Below, in pieces: positions 1 through 12,714 of a stretch of DNA of 64,000 bases (within the stretch, counting starts at the first letter, position 1; each line of letters begins with the position of its first letter). The notes beneath the pieces are model-generated. The model worked only from the letters and a program-made list of their open reading frames with translations. It was not told where the DNA came from and made no database searches. A program made the position numbers and the translations under genes. The DNA lies in the NCBI RefSeq assembly GCF_030028105.1, contig NC_092393.1, positions 31,287,248 through 31,351,247 on the forward strand, in the 5' to 3' direction. This stretch comes from Mobula birostris. Its lineage: Eukaryota.

Positions 1-626
1 CTTTCGTGTTATCTGCAAACTTGCACTCCACCCTTCCACTTCTTCCAAATCATTTTTAAAACTCACGAAGAGCAGGTGTCCCAGTACAGATCCATATAGA
101 ATAGCACCTCCTGACTTTGAGGTGTCGAGCCAGGAAAACACTATCGACACAGAAATAGAACAGCTTCTATACCACCTTTATCAGACTCTTGAAATAACCT
201 CCTGTATGTTAATAATGAACCCCTAACTTCACAATCTCCTTAATCACAGCCCTTGCACTTAAAAGTCAATCTGCATTGCACTTACTCATATTTGTTACAC
301 TATATCTAACATTCTTTTACTGTTTGCTCTTGTTCTGCCTCAATGTACTTGCGTTTTAAAGTAATGTGCATGGATGGCATGCAAAGCTAAATTGTTCACT
401 GGGTCTCAGTACATGTGACAAAAATTAATAACAATACCAATTACAGTTGCAATCATTAAAGGAAAAAAAGCTTCTGATTACTATTGGGCATATATGATGT
501 CACATCTTAAAGCAGGTATTATGGCAAAAATTTGACCATGATAGTGAAAAGAAAGATCATGGAAAGTTAGATCATAGAAAGTTGCAGTCACCAAAATGCT
601 GGAGATGATGGGTCCTCCTTCATCCC

Positions 627-655
627 CATTCTGATGAAGGCCCGAAACATTAATG
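627..655 (+). ncRNA. Degenerate minimal hammerhead motif in an old Penelope-derived repeat
   Basis: catt-CTGATGA-aggccc-GAAAC-att-aatg; followed by the family tail (gctgtctgacttgatgagtatttccagca). Confidence 0.45.
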
Positions 656-2220
656 CTGCTGCTTTTCCCTCAGAGGCTGTCTGACTTGATGAGTATTTCC
701 AGCACTTATTGAATGTATTTTAGATTTGCAGTATCTGCGGTATTTTGGCTTTCATAGTTTCCTTTGATATGAAATGCAAGTAAGGAGATACTTGCCACAA
801 GACTAATATTTTCATAGGAAGGTTGCAGAGGAGAATGATACTCAGGAAGACACTGAAGCCAATGAAAAGATGTTGTATTGCAATGTTTGCCGCAGAGCAA
901 AATATCACAGATTAAGCTGGCCAAAATAAACATTAAGCCATGACTAAAAATAGGGGAGACCAATTTGCAAACCCAATGATCTTGGAGACTTTGTACTGAA
1001 GAAAACTATCGTATTGTTGGTTAGCGAACATGTGTTAAAGCCTTTTGCTGAAAGTGTACAAATTAGCGTTAATCAAATGAAATAGAAGCTTTTGAAAATC
1101 ATCAGCAGGTCAGGAAATATCTGGAAGAAGTTAAAGTTTCAGATCATTGACCTTTCATCAGATATCAGTTATGAAGAGTTCATTTGCCTGAAAGGTTTTT
1201 TTCCACCGTACACCTTTGTGGCAGATTTCAGAATAATAGCTACCTCCGAGGAAAGAATCACATGCTTGTCTGCTTTTATTGTTTATTGCCCCCTTTCCTA
1301 TCTTTTTTTCAGTGTATGCTTGAGTTCTGAACCATTATTTGGAACTATATTTATATACTTATTTGAGACCAAAATTGTCCGAACCTTCTCAGTCAGCAGT
1401 GAGGAAAATGTGTGAAAGACTACCTTGAAACGTATCTTATTTTATTACTGGGAATGTATCTAATTGTGAGGTCAGGATGGGAATGTTTTGAGTGCGTGAG
1501 TGTGAGGTAGGAAGTAAATGTTCGATAGTTTTCATGACCAATAGAGATGGTCAGCAATGGGATATAGAGTAACATGGGGGACTTCCACTGCAGCTATTTG
1601 AAATAAGATTGCATGATGCACTGACTGACTTGACTGTATGTTAAATCTTCTGTTCTGGTGACACCCTCATATCCAGCTTAAGCATTATTTCCTCTCATTA
1701 TCGCCTGTACATGGACCTGAATATGTCACTTGTCACTGCTTATTCCCAAGGCACTCTCATCTGCTCACCTCATCTACCATGGCATTCCAGCAAATGCCAC
1801 AATATTGGAGAATCTGAATATGTGGTAGTCCATCATGAAGATATCAGACTCTACTCAGAGGCTTCCCACAGTTGATAAAGGCAAAGAGCATTGAGAGATG
1901 CAAGTGTGATTTAATCTGTACTAGCTAGCTTCATGAAATCAAAATCAGAACACAAAATGATAAATACCCTGTGATTCTGATTAATTATGACCTGGAGTTC
2001 AATGTACAACACACAAAGTTACATTGCAGGATCCAATGTAACGATTCTCAACACTAAGTTCTTACAGGGAACCAGCTTTGTCCTGTGGCACCTCATCAGT
2101 GATCACATGATGATCCTCATCCTCTCTATCTATCTTTAAATTAAGAAAACATTTATATCAAAGTATTATTGGTCTCTTCATTTTTGTACTGACTATATTT
2201 TTAATTGTGTAATTTTACAG

Positions 2221-2574
2221 ATGGCTCTGTTGAGCAATTTCCACGCTCCAAACTGGCAAAAAAAGGAGAATCAGTTACAATAAAGTGTAAAATTACAGTT
2301 AGGAATGGAAAGGTAGTGGGTACTCACTTTAAAAAGAATCCTCTATCGCCGGAGGATCTGTGTTATTTCAATGGAGCAAATGAAATTGCACACATTGCAG
2401 TATCATACCAGGGTCGACTCAAGTGTAATAAGACAATCGAAGATGAAGAAAGTGTCACCATTCAGTTCAGAAATCTCCAGATAAATGATACTAGTTTTTA
2501 TTATTGTACCACTGGGATCAAAGAGGCCAAACTTTCTGACTTCCATGGAAGAGGAACCGTTCTTATTGTATCAG
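2221..2574 (+). CDS. CD7: CD7-like receptor, Ig V-domain exon (phase 1-1)
   Basis: Polypyrimidine acceptor ttttacag|, donor cag|gtatac, 354 nt open. Encodes DGSVEQFP..GESVTIKC..GTHF..YQGRL..LQINDTSFYYC..HGRGTVLIVS: B/F-strand Cys, DxxxYxC, J-like GxGT. The C-strand Trp is absent, as in mammalian CD7 (VQQSP..VNITC..GIYL..FRGRI..LQLSDTGTYTC..YGSGTLVLVTE, recalled from memory). Confidence 0.85.
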
Positions 2575-4278
2575 GTATACTTTATGCATGAAATTTTCTT
2601 CCATTATTATAGGCCAAAATAAAATTGCTGATAAAATGCTATGTATATATACAAATTACATATGTATTTGCTCAGATGTCACTTTGTCTCCAGTTATTTT
2701 CAATGCACTGATATCCCAAGCAAAATTTTCTTTGCTTCTAATGATCTTTCTGTAAGAAAATCAGCAGTTTGTTAGTCAAAATTCTTTTCACTGTTCCAAG
2801 AAATGAAGTTGAAGTAATTGCATTTTAAGTGCTATACTCAGTCTTGCCCTTCATAACAATTCATAACAAAATTCTGTCAAGAACATAGTCGAATTTCCAA
2901 GTGGAAGCAAAGATCTTATTGCCATTACATAAAACATTCATTTTAAAATGTTACTATAATAACATTAGACATGCCAGAGGAAACGGCTGAATACCCTGTA
3001 CTGTATTGCCCTCTATTTGGATGAAAGGGCACTGATTTAAATGTAGATTTGAAATTTAAAAAAAATCATTAGGAGTCAATTAACAATAACTTTAATTCTT
3101 GGTAGCCAGTAGGATTATTTCATGTTATTGTGGTCTATTCTAGTCGAGCATGACACCAACAAATTTGTTTGTCAATTATGGAAAAGATGTGCTTTTGCTA
3201 TTCATTAAGATTTTAATTCTAAGGAATAATTATTTTCTTTGGAAGCCTACAGTATAAAAAATAATGCAACATGTAGCAATGTTCATAAGTGATATATTAA
3301 TATTTTAAACAGAAATCTGGTCCATAGTTGTGCTAGCATTAAGTGAAAAGGTTTTGGGTTTAACACCTATTTCAGGTAGAGTTTAACAGATAAAGGCTGA
3401 GTTTTATATAAACCCAAAATGCTGGGGGATCTCAGCAAGTCAGGCAGCACCTATTGAGAATAAAGAGTTGAAATTTTGTACTGAGAAGCTTCATCAGTTT
3501 ATGCAGCTGTTTGATTTTTTTTTCTTTACTCAAAACTTCCAGCTTTGCAAAACCTCTTGTGTATATCAGTCTTCGATAATGTATTGTTGAGAGAAAATGT
3601 CTTTCAAGTGAAGTGCTAAATTGTTGCTGGTTCTGCCCACTAAGATGGATATGTCTCATAAATGGTTCATGCCACTATTTGACCAATATTATCCATAAAC
3701 CAATATTCATACAAGAAATCAACATGTTATCTGGTGCTGTCTTTCATTGCTGTGTTTGATAAGCTGCACAGCTTTCAGTAGTGATCATATTTCACTGAGG
3801 AAATTTCTCATCATTTTTCACTTACGAAAATTACAGATTTTCACTGATATTCTTTCAGAACAACCACCCACAGTTTGTTTCTTCTGATGCAGGAACAAGT
3901 AAGCTGATTTTTTTTCAAAAGGACACTTTACAAACTTTGTTTAAAACAAACACCATTTTCAATTTTGCCACTTCTGTTGGTAATCTGTTCGAGAATTCTA
4001 TAATCCTTTTAGGAAAAGATGCCTGAATTTGCTCAGCTTTTTTGGCATCTTGAACTTTCAGCTTTTTGTTTCTTGCAATCCATAAGTCTGGATATGAATT
4101 TTCTCCTCATCCTGTTCAAAGATTCAAAGAATATTTATTATCAAATTAGGTAGACAGAATGTCCTGTAAGAATGTGAAATCCAAGGTAAATAATCTATAT
4201 GTGTGGACGTGGCTCTCAGAACAGATTTTGACAATCTTTTTCTTCTGCGTTAGTTGTTTATTCAAATGATAACTTTTA

Positions 4279-7200
4279 TATAAGACCATAAGAGATTGGA
4301 GCAGAATTGGCCCATCGGCCCGGCTCTGCCATGTCATCATGGCTGACCCAATTTTCTTCTCAGCCCCAAACTCCTGCCTTCTTCCTGTATCCCTTCATGT
4401 CCTGACAATCAAGAATCTATCAACCTCTGCCTTCGGATCTACCTAAAGACTTGGACTCCACAGCTGCCAGTGGCAAAGAGTTCAACAAATTCGCCATACT
4501 CTGACTAAAGAAATTTCTCCTCATCTCCGTTCTAAAAGGACACCCCTTTATTCTGAAGCTGTGTCCTCTGGTCTTAGACTTTCCCGCCATAGGAAACATT
4601 CTCTCCACATCCACTTTATCAAGGCCTTTTACCATTCAATGAGGTCACCTCTCATTCTTCTGAATTCTAGTGAATACTGCCCAGAGCCATCAAACGCTCT
4701 TCATATGACAAGCCATTCAATCCTGGAATCATTTTCATCAACCTCCTTTGAACCTTCTCTGGTTTCACCACATCCTTTCTCAGATAAGGGGCCCAAAACT
4801 GCTCTCGATACCCTAATTGAGGCATCATAGTGCTTAATAAAGTCTCAACATTACATTCTTGCTTTTATATTCTAATCCTCTTAAAATGAATGCTAATGTC
4901 ACATTTTCCTTCCTTACCACAGACTCAACCTGCAAATTAACCTTTAGGGAATCATGCACAAGGACTCCCAAGTTCCTTTATGTCTCAGTTTTTATGTATT
5001 TTCTCTCCATTTAGAAAATAGTCTACCTCACTTTTATAAAAATGTATAGTATTTCTGTTTTTGTACAATTTTTAATCTATTCAATATACAGATACTGTAT
5101 ATAGTGTAATGAATAATTATTTATTATTATCCTTCTATATTATGTATTGCATTGAACTGCTGCTGCTAAGTTAACAAATTTCATGTCACATGCCAGTGAT
5201 AATAAACCTGATTCTGAATATTTCATTTCTTCTATCAAAGTGCATAACCATTCATTTCCTAACACTGTATTCAAATTGCCATTCCTTTGCCCATTCTCCT
5301 AATCTGTCCAAGTCCTTCTGTAGCCTATCTACTTGCTCAAAACTACCTGCTCCTCCAACTATCTTCATTTCACCTGTAAACTTTGCAACAAAGTCATTAA
5401 TTCCATCATCCAAATCATTGATATATAGCGTAAAAAGAATTGGTCCCAGCACAGACCCCTGTGGAACACCTAGTCACCAGCAGTCAACTAGAAAAGGCTC
5501 CCTTTCTTCCCACTCTTTCCCTCCTGCCAATGAGCACTGCTTTATCCATGCTAGAATCTTTCCTGTAATACCATGGGCTCATAGCTTGTTAAGTAGCATC
5601 ATGTGCAGGATATTGTCAAAGCCCTTCTGAAAATCCAAGTGCACAGCATTGACCAATCTCCCCTTTGCCTATCCTAGATTAGTCAGGCAGGAATTTCCCT
5701 TGAGGAAACCATGCTGACTACAGCCTATTTTATCATGTGCCTCCAAGTACCCTGAGACCTCATCCTTAATAATCAACTCCAACATCTTCCCTACCACTGA
5801 GGTCAGACTAACTGGCGTATAGTTTCCTTTCTTCTGCCTCTCTCTCTTCTTGAAGAGTGGGGTGACATTTGCAATTTTCTACTCTTCCAGAACCATTCCA
5901 GAAACTAGTTATTCTTGAAAGATCATTACAAATGCCTTCACAATCTCTTCACCCACCTCTTTCAGAACCCTGGGATGTACACCATCTGGTCCAGGTGACT
6001 TATTTACCTTCAGTCCTATGTTTCCTGAGAACCTTCTCTCTAGTTATGGTAACTTCACACACTTCATGCCCCCTAATATCTGGGACTTCCACCATACTGT
6101 TAATATCTTCCACAGTGAAGACTGATGCAAAATACTTACTCAGTTCGTCTGCAATTTTGTTGTCCCCGTTACTACATCTCCAGCATTATTTTCCAGTGGT
6201 CCGTTATCTCTTTTACACTACATGTATCTGAAGAAACATAAGAAACATGATATCCTCTTTAATATTGTTGGCTAGCTTACTTTTGTATTCTATCTTTTCC
6301 TTAATGACTTTTTTAGTTGTCTTCTGTTGGTTTTTAAATGTTTCCCACTTTTTTTTGCTCTGTTATATGCCCTTTCTTTGGCTTTTATGTTGGCTTTGAC
6401 TTGTTCACCACAGTTGTTATCTTTCCTTTGGAATAGTTTTTCCTCTTTGGGATGTATATATCCTATGCCTTCAAAATGGTTTCCAGGACTTCCAGCTATT
6501 GCTGCTCTGCGGTCATCCCTGTCAATGTTCTTTTACAATCAATTCTGGCCGGCTCCTCTCTCATGCGCCTCTAATTCCCTTCACTCCATTGTAATACTGA
6601 TCCATCTGAGTTTAGTTTCTCCTTCTCAAAATTCAGGTGAATTCAATCATATTATGTTCACTTCCCCCAAATGGTTCTTTTACCTAAAGCCTGCTAATCA
6701 ATTCTGGTCCATTATACAACACCCAATCCAGAACAGCTGATGCCCCTCGTGGGCTGAACCCTGAGCTGCTTTAAAAAGCCATTTTGTAGGGCCTCTAGAA
6801 ATTCCCCCTCCAGGAATCAAGCACCAACCTGATTTTCCCAATCTACCTGCATAATGAAATCCCCCATGACTATTGTAACATTGCCCTTCTGGCATGTATT
6901 TTCTATCTCTCATAATTTATAGACCACATCCTTACTAATGTTTGGGGGTCTGTATACAACTCCCATCAAGGTCTTCTTACCCTTGTGGTTCCTTAGCTCT
7001 ATCCACAATGAATCAACACCCTCTGACCTTATGTCACCTCTTTCAAATGATTTGATTTCATTTTTTCACCAGCAGAGCATCGCCGCACCCCTCTGCCTTC
7101 CTGCCTGTCCTATCAATACAATGTGTAGCCTTGGACATTAAGCTCCCAGCTGTAATCTTTTTAGCCATGATTCAGTGATGCCTACAACAGCATACCTTCT

Positions 7201-7595
7201 AATCTACAACTCTGCTGCAATTTCATCTACCTTATTCCTTGTACTGTGTGCATTCAAATATAATACCTTCAGCACTGTATTTACCCTTTTTGATTTTGTC
7301 CAACTTTTACGTTGCATCTCCTCCTGTGGACTACAAGTTTGCCCTATCAAGTGCCTCTCCTCACTACACATTGCCTCTGTTTATAAACTACCTCAACTTC
7401 AGCACTATTATCCGCCTTTCCTACGATACCTCTTGCATTGAAATATACGCAGCTCAGGACACTAGTCGCACAATGCTCAACCTTTTGATTTTCTAACTTT
7501 GTCTGATGTTCTACTAACATCTGCCTCCATATTGTCATCTGGAACCCCATTTTCACCTTGTTATGCTTTGACTTAACCTCCTCAGACCTCATCAG
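4279..7595 (-). mobile_element. CR1 LINE, decayed, antisense in CD7-like intron 2
   Basis: RT and endonuclease ORF fragments on - (e.g. LGPILFTLYINDLD..KFTGE; EIPPGGGIS..). 3' tail at ~4279. A ~230-bp Rex1-like 3' end with an (ATTCTG) tail is nested at ~4990-5218. Confidence 0.85.
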
Positions 7596-7841
7596 TTTAT
7601 TGCATGATCATTAGCGCTTTGGCATTAGTCCCTCTGTCATTTACAAACCTTACTAATAGTAAGCCAATTTTCAATTCAATTTTGACCAGTTATAAGTACG
7701 GTAACCCAGAACCAGGAATTTGCAACAGACTAGCTTTCATATTGTTTTCTTCCTAAAAATACTCATTAAGCTCACTCTGATTTGTAGCTAAATGGTAAAA
7801 TTAAAATATAAATATGTGCATATTTTATCTTATCTTCCCAG

Positions 7842-7984
7842 AGCCTGACCACCAAACCTGTGCAGCAAATTGTGTTGAAAAAAATGTCTGCAAAGTAGTT
7901 TACTTGAAGGATCCAGTAATGATCACAGTGATTATACTTGTAGCTGTTTTCATGATTTGTGGACTAGTTCTGTTAATACTCTAC
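7842..7984 (+). CDS. CD7: CD7-like receptor, stalk + transmembrane exon (phase 1-0)
   Basis: Acceptor tatcttcccag|, donor tac|gtaagt; joins the V exon in frame. Encodes EPDHQTCAANCVEKNVCKVVYLKDPVMITVIILVAVFMICGLVLLILY, ending in a ~22-aa hydrophobic helix. Confidence 0.85.
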
Positions 7985-8433
7985 GTAAGTTCCTCTGTTT
8001 CAAATATTTATAATGCTGTATAATGTCAAAGGTTATAGAGTAAAGTAAGATTATTAATCTGATTGAAGAAATAGTGAGAGGGGAACAGATGTACTTAAGG
8101 ATGCATTCATTTGAAAATTGCTGCGTACAGCCTTGCTAAAGGTATACTCTACAAGCTTTCATCAAGGGTTTCTACTTTAGTCATCTAACATACAGCATAT
8201 TTTAGTACAGATGTAAAATGGTTTAATTATTCCTAGTCAAAACCAAAAACGTAAACACTTGTTTGTTTATATAATTGCATGAGTGAAATGAAACATTGAG
8301 TAATGCATGCCATTTCACCAGAAACATACTCAGGCGAAGGTCCTGTCTCTCACACACAGGCATGAACTCTAGTATAACTTGTAGAGCTAGTTATCAGGAT
8401 CCTACTCAGGGAATTGAACTTTGAAATCAAACT

Positions 8434-8690
8434 AAAGAGATGGACTCGACAATCACATTGGGGTGATTGACGTGAGGACCAAACTGAGGAGATAGACTGG
8501 GATCACATTTGGGAGATGAACTATGGGATCGTACAAAGGAGATGGACCCTGGGATCACATGGGGCAATTGGCTCTGGGACCATTCTGAGGAGATGCACTT
8601 TGGGATCATACGATAGAGCTGAACATTGAGATCACATTGGGGAGATGGGCTCTGGGACCATAGTGGGGAAATGGACTCCAGAATCACAAG
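8434..8690. repeat. Degenerate minisatellite, ~10 units of ~25-26 bp
   Basis: Repeated ggagatg(g/a)ac(t/c)ctgggatcacatt-like units. Confidence 0.7.
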
Positions 8691-8817
8691 GTTCCTTCAC
8701 TATAAACTCCTAAACCTGGACTGAGCAAGGCAAGGTGAAGGGGAACATCACCTGCAGCTTTCCTTCCAAATTACAGTCCAACCTGGTTTGGAAACATATT
8801 CCTATTCGTGCATCATT

Positions 8818-10100
8818 TAGAAACATAGAAACATAGAAAATAGGTGCAGGAGTAGGCCATTCGGCCCTTCGAGCCTGCACCGCCATTTATTATGATCATG
8901 GCTGATCATCCAACTCAGAACACCGCCCCAGCCTTCCCTCCATACCCCCTGATCCCCGTAGCCACAAGGGCCATATCTAACTCCCTCTTAAATATAGCCA
9001 ATGAACTGGCCTCAACTGTTTCCTGTGGCAGAGAATTCCACAGATTCACCACTCTCTGTGTGAAGAAGTTTTTCCTAATCTCTGTCCTAAAAGGCTTCCC
9101 CTCTATCCTCAAACTGTGACCCCTCGTTCTGGACTTCCCCAACATCGGGAACAATCTTCCTACATCTAGCCTGTCCAATCCCTTAAGGATCTTATACGTT
9201 TCAATCAGATCCCCCCTCAATCTTCTAAATTCCAACGAGTACAAGCCCAGTTCATCCATTCTTTCTTCATATGAAAGTCCTGCCATCCCAGGAATCAATC
9301 TGGTGAACCTTCTCTGTACTCCCTCTATGGCAAGGATGTCTTTTCTCAGATTAGGGGACCAAAACTGCACACAATACTCCAGGTGTGGTCTCACCAAGGC
9401 CTTGTACAACTGCAGTAGTACCTCCCTGCTCCTGTACTCGAATCCTCTTGCTATAAATGCCAGCATACCATTTGCCTTTTTCACCGCCTGCTGTACCTGC
9501 ATGCCCACTTTCAATGACTGGTGTATAATGACACCCGGGTCACGTTGCACCTCCCCTTTTCCTAATCGGCCACCATTCAGATAATAATCTGTTTTCCTAT
9601 TTTTGCCACCAAAGTAGATAACTTCACATTTATCCACATTAAATTGCATCTGCCATGAATTTGCCCACTCACCCAACCTATCCAAGTCACCCTGCATCCT
9701 CTTAGCATCCTCCTCACAGCTAACACTGCCACCCAGCTTCGTGTCATCCGCAAACTTGGAGATGCTGCATTTAATTCCCTCATCCAAGTCATTAATATAT
9801 ATTGTAAACAACTGGGGTCCCAGCACTGAGCCTTGCGGTACCCCACTAGTCACTGCCTGCCATGCTGAAAAGGTCCCATTTATTCCCACTCTTTGCTTCC
9901 TGTCTGCTAACCATCTCTCCACCCACACCAATACCTTACCCCCAATACCGTGTGCTTTAAGTTTGCACACTAATCTCCTGTGTGGGACCTTGTCAAAAGA
10001 CTTCTGAAAATCCAAATATACCACAACCACTGGTTCTCCCCTATCCACTCTACTAGTTACATCCTCAAAAAATTCTATGAGATTCGTCAGACATGATTTT
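8818..10100 (-). mobile_element. Young 5'-truncated CR1 LINE (RT C-terminal half, ORF 8915-10156)
   Basis: Uninterrupted ORF with PQGSVLGP and KFADD motifs; 3' stem-loop and (GTTTCTAT)n-type tail at 8818. Confidence 0.93.
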
Positions 10101-10659
10101 CTGTGGTATAAACCACAGAACTTCCTTCCCAACAATATTGTGGAGTATCTTCCCATATTTCATGATTCAAGAAGCCAGCTCACACCGATTTAGCATGGAT
10201 CTCTGATGATTATTACCCTTGCCAAAAATCAAGACATTTCCTGGGACTAACTTTACTGGGGGTATCAATAGACAGCAGGGCAGAGAATGGTTTAGCATTA
10301 GAGCAGAGGTAATATATCAGCTAATATTGATTCCAAGGAAAATATATTTTTAAGGTCTATTAAATATAATTGGGATATGCAAGGATAATCTTTATTCACC
10401 ATATACATGTATTACATGTATTCTGAATTTGCTGTGGTGTGTTAGCACAACATGTAACAAAAACAACGTATGATAATTATAAAGAATTGCATGAAATTAA
10501 GTGAAAAATCTTAAGTTAAAAATTAAGACTGCATGAATTTAATGCATGTATGCATTTCTAAGTGACAATAAAAGAGGACTGTTCTCATAATCTAATTTCT
10601 CTTTTAAAATCTAAGCTGAGTGGAAAAAAAGCAAATTTAAAAATTGTTTTAACTTTCAG

Positions 10660-10761
10660 ATAAGAAAACATTACCATTGGGATCAGTCACAACGTAAACG
10701 AGCTCCAAACTCAGTGTATGAAGACATGAATCTGGTGCGAACCCAAAGCATGGTACGATAA
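10660..10761 (+). CDS. CD7: CD7-like receptor, cytoplasmic terminal exon
   Basis: Acceptor aactttcag|, phase 0. Encodes IRKHYHWDQSQRKRAPNSVYEDMNLVRTQSMVR*. The VYEDM (YxxM) motif matches the CD7 tail. Confidence 0.85.
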   Translation: MRKHYHWDQSQRKRAPNSVYEDMNLVRTQSMVR

Positions 10762-11046
10762 TTTCAGCTACAATGGACTTTGAACATTTGATTCAGTTTT
10801 TCTGCGAGGGTCTAAATGCATCATCACAGTAAACCATGGCTTACTGGAATCTGTGAGAGTCTCCAATCTTTTTTTTACACAGTATTATTTGACAATGTAA
10901 GTATTTGAGTAAAATTTGGTTGATTTGTAGAAGGTAGTACTTATGATGACAGTGAATACATATGTTTAACGTAAAAATACTTTATAAATAGCACTCTGTT
11001 CCATTACAACATAAATGCACTCTGTATATATTTTTATTTTTTCATT

Positions 11047-11052
11047 AATAAA
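11047..11052 (+). terminator. Candidate polyadenylation signal of the CD7-like gene
   Basis: AATAAA 285 nt after the stop codon in an AT-rich 3'UTR, followed by a T-rich tract. Confidence 0.5.
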
Positions 11053-11199
11053 AAAAAATCATCATCTTTCCACCTTCATTTTTCATGAGTCTTTATAAGT
11101 TGTTTTAAGGCTGAAGAGGAAACTTGGAACTCTGTCAGTCATTGACCAATGTCACACAATGGTGTGAAAACCTTGTTTAAGTAGCACTTGATCTTCAAT

Positions 11200-11590
11200 T
11201 ACCTTTTTGAGAGGAAATTTGATAGAGATATACAAAATTATGAGGGGTAGAGATAGGTTAAATGCAAGCAGGCTTTTTCCACGGAGGTTGGGTAAGACTA
11301 CAATCAGAGGTCATGGGTTAAGGGTGAAAGGTGAAAAGTTTAAGGGCAACATGAGGAAAACTTCACTAAGAATGTCGTGAGAGTGTGGACAGAGCTGCCA
11401 GCACAAGTGGTACATGTGAACTTGATTTCAATTTTTTTTAGAGAAGTTTGAAATGGTACATGGATGGCAGGGGTATGGTAGACTCCAGTCCCAATGCACG
11501 TCGATGTGAGTAAGCAGTTTAAATGGTTCAGCATGGACTAGATGGGCTGAAGGGCCCATTTCCTTGCTGTAGTTTTCTAAGACCCTATGT
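11200..11590 (+). mobile_element. CR1 3' fragment
   Basis: Sequence equivalent to RGHGLRVKG..FF..RVV..W, followed by the 3' hairpin gggctgaagggcc. Confidence 0.7.
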
Positions 11591-12184
11591 CTCAACCTCC
11601 TCTGTCCTTAACAGAAGGATCTTTAAATTGTGATAGAAAGAACAGTGAATGAAAGTAACAATTCCAATGTGTCAATGATTTTTTTTTGTTTTACTTATTC
11701 AGTCATGGAATACGGATGTTGCTGGCAACGTGTCTATTCCTAATTGCCTGTGAACTGAGGAGTTAAGTGTGGAACCAAATGTGGACTTAACCACTTAAGG
11801 TTAATAGTTCCCTATCCCTAACAAAAAGTTATGAACCAGATGGATTTTTCTAACAATTAAGTAGTACCATACTTACCATTTCTGAGTCTGGCTTACTAAA
11901 AAAATGAGGTATTTTTACTTTAAATTAGATTTCCCAATGTCGTGGTAGGATTTAAGCTCGTGTCTGGATCAGTGGCCTTCAAATGGTGGATAGTATTAAA
12001 CACTGAGCCAATGTACCTATGTAACATTTACAAAATGCTGAAGGAACTTTGGCCTGGAATTGAAGAGAAAATAACTTCCAGACAACCATTGTGGTAAAGC
12101 AAGCAATCTTGGAAAATCCAAGGACAGTCCTGGAATAGGCTTCCCCAGCCAGAGGAAATGACATTGCTATGGTGGTCCAATCCC

Positions 12185-12540
12185 AAAGAAGAGAAGATCT
12201 ACAGATGCTGCAAATCCAAGCAATAGACACAAAATGCTGGAGGAACTCAGCAGGCCAGACAGCATCTGTGGAAAAGAGTATGGTCGATGTTTTGGGCTGA
12301 GACACTTCAGCAGGACGGGAGGAAAAAAAGATGCCGAGTAGATTTAAAAGGTGGGGGGAGGGTAGGTAGAAACACAAGGTGATAGGTGAAACCAGGAGGG
12401 GGAAGTGGTGAAGTAAAGAGCTGGGAAGTTGATTGGTGAAAGAGATACAGGGCTGGAGAAGGGGGAATCTAATAGGAGAGGCAGAAGGCCATGGAAGAAA
12501 GAAGAGAGGGGAGGAGCACCAGAGGGATGTGATGGGTCTT
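12185..12540 (-). mobile_element. Penelope-like 3' fragment with hammerhead motif (12283-12316)
   Basis: Minus strand reads gtc-CTGCTGA-agtgtctcagccc-AAAACATC-gac; pyrimidine-rich 3'UTR like that of the copy at 56167. Confidence 0.75.
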
Positions 12541-12714
12541 TTAAATTTTCAAAACTAGACTTTATTTATGAATCATATACAATAAAGCTAATACAACCAT
12601 TACATTCATGGTGTCATCAAACCAATATGTACTCCTACAAGTCACTGATGCTATATCTCCACTTTCAAAGTGTTTGAGCAACACACACAAAATGCTGGAG
12701 GAACTGTGCAAGCC

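Noticed and set aside
1092-1415. 107-aa ORF upstream of the V exon
   Set aside because: Non-ATG start, no recognisable domain, AT-rich composition.
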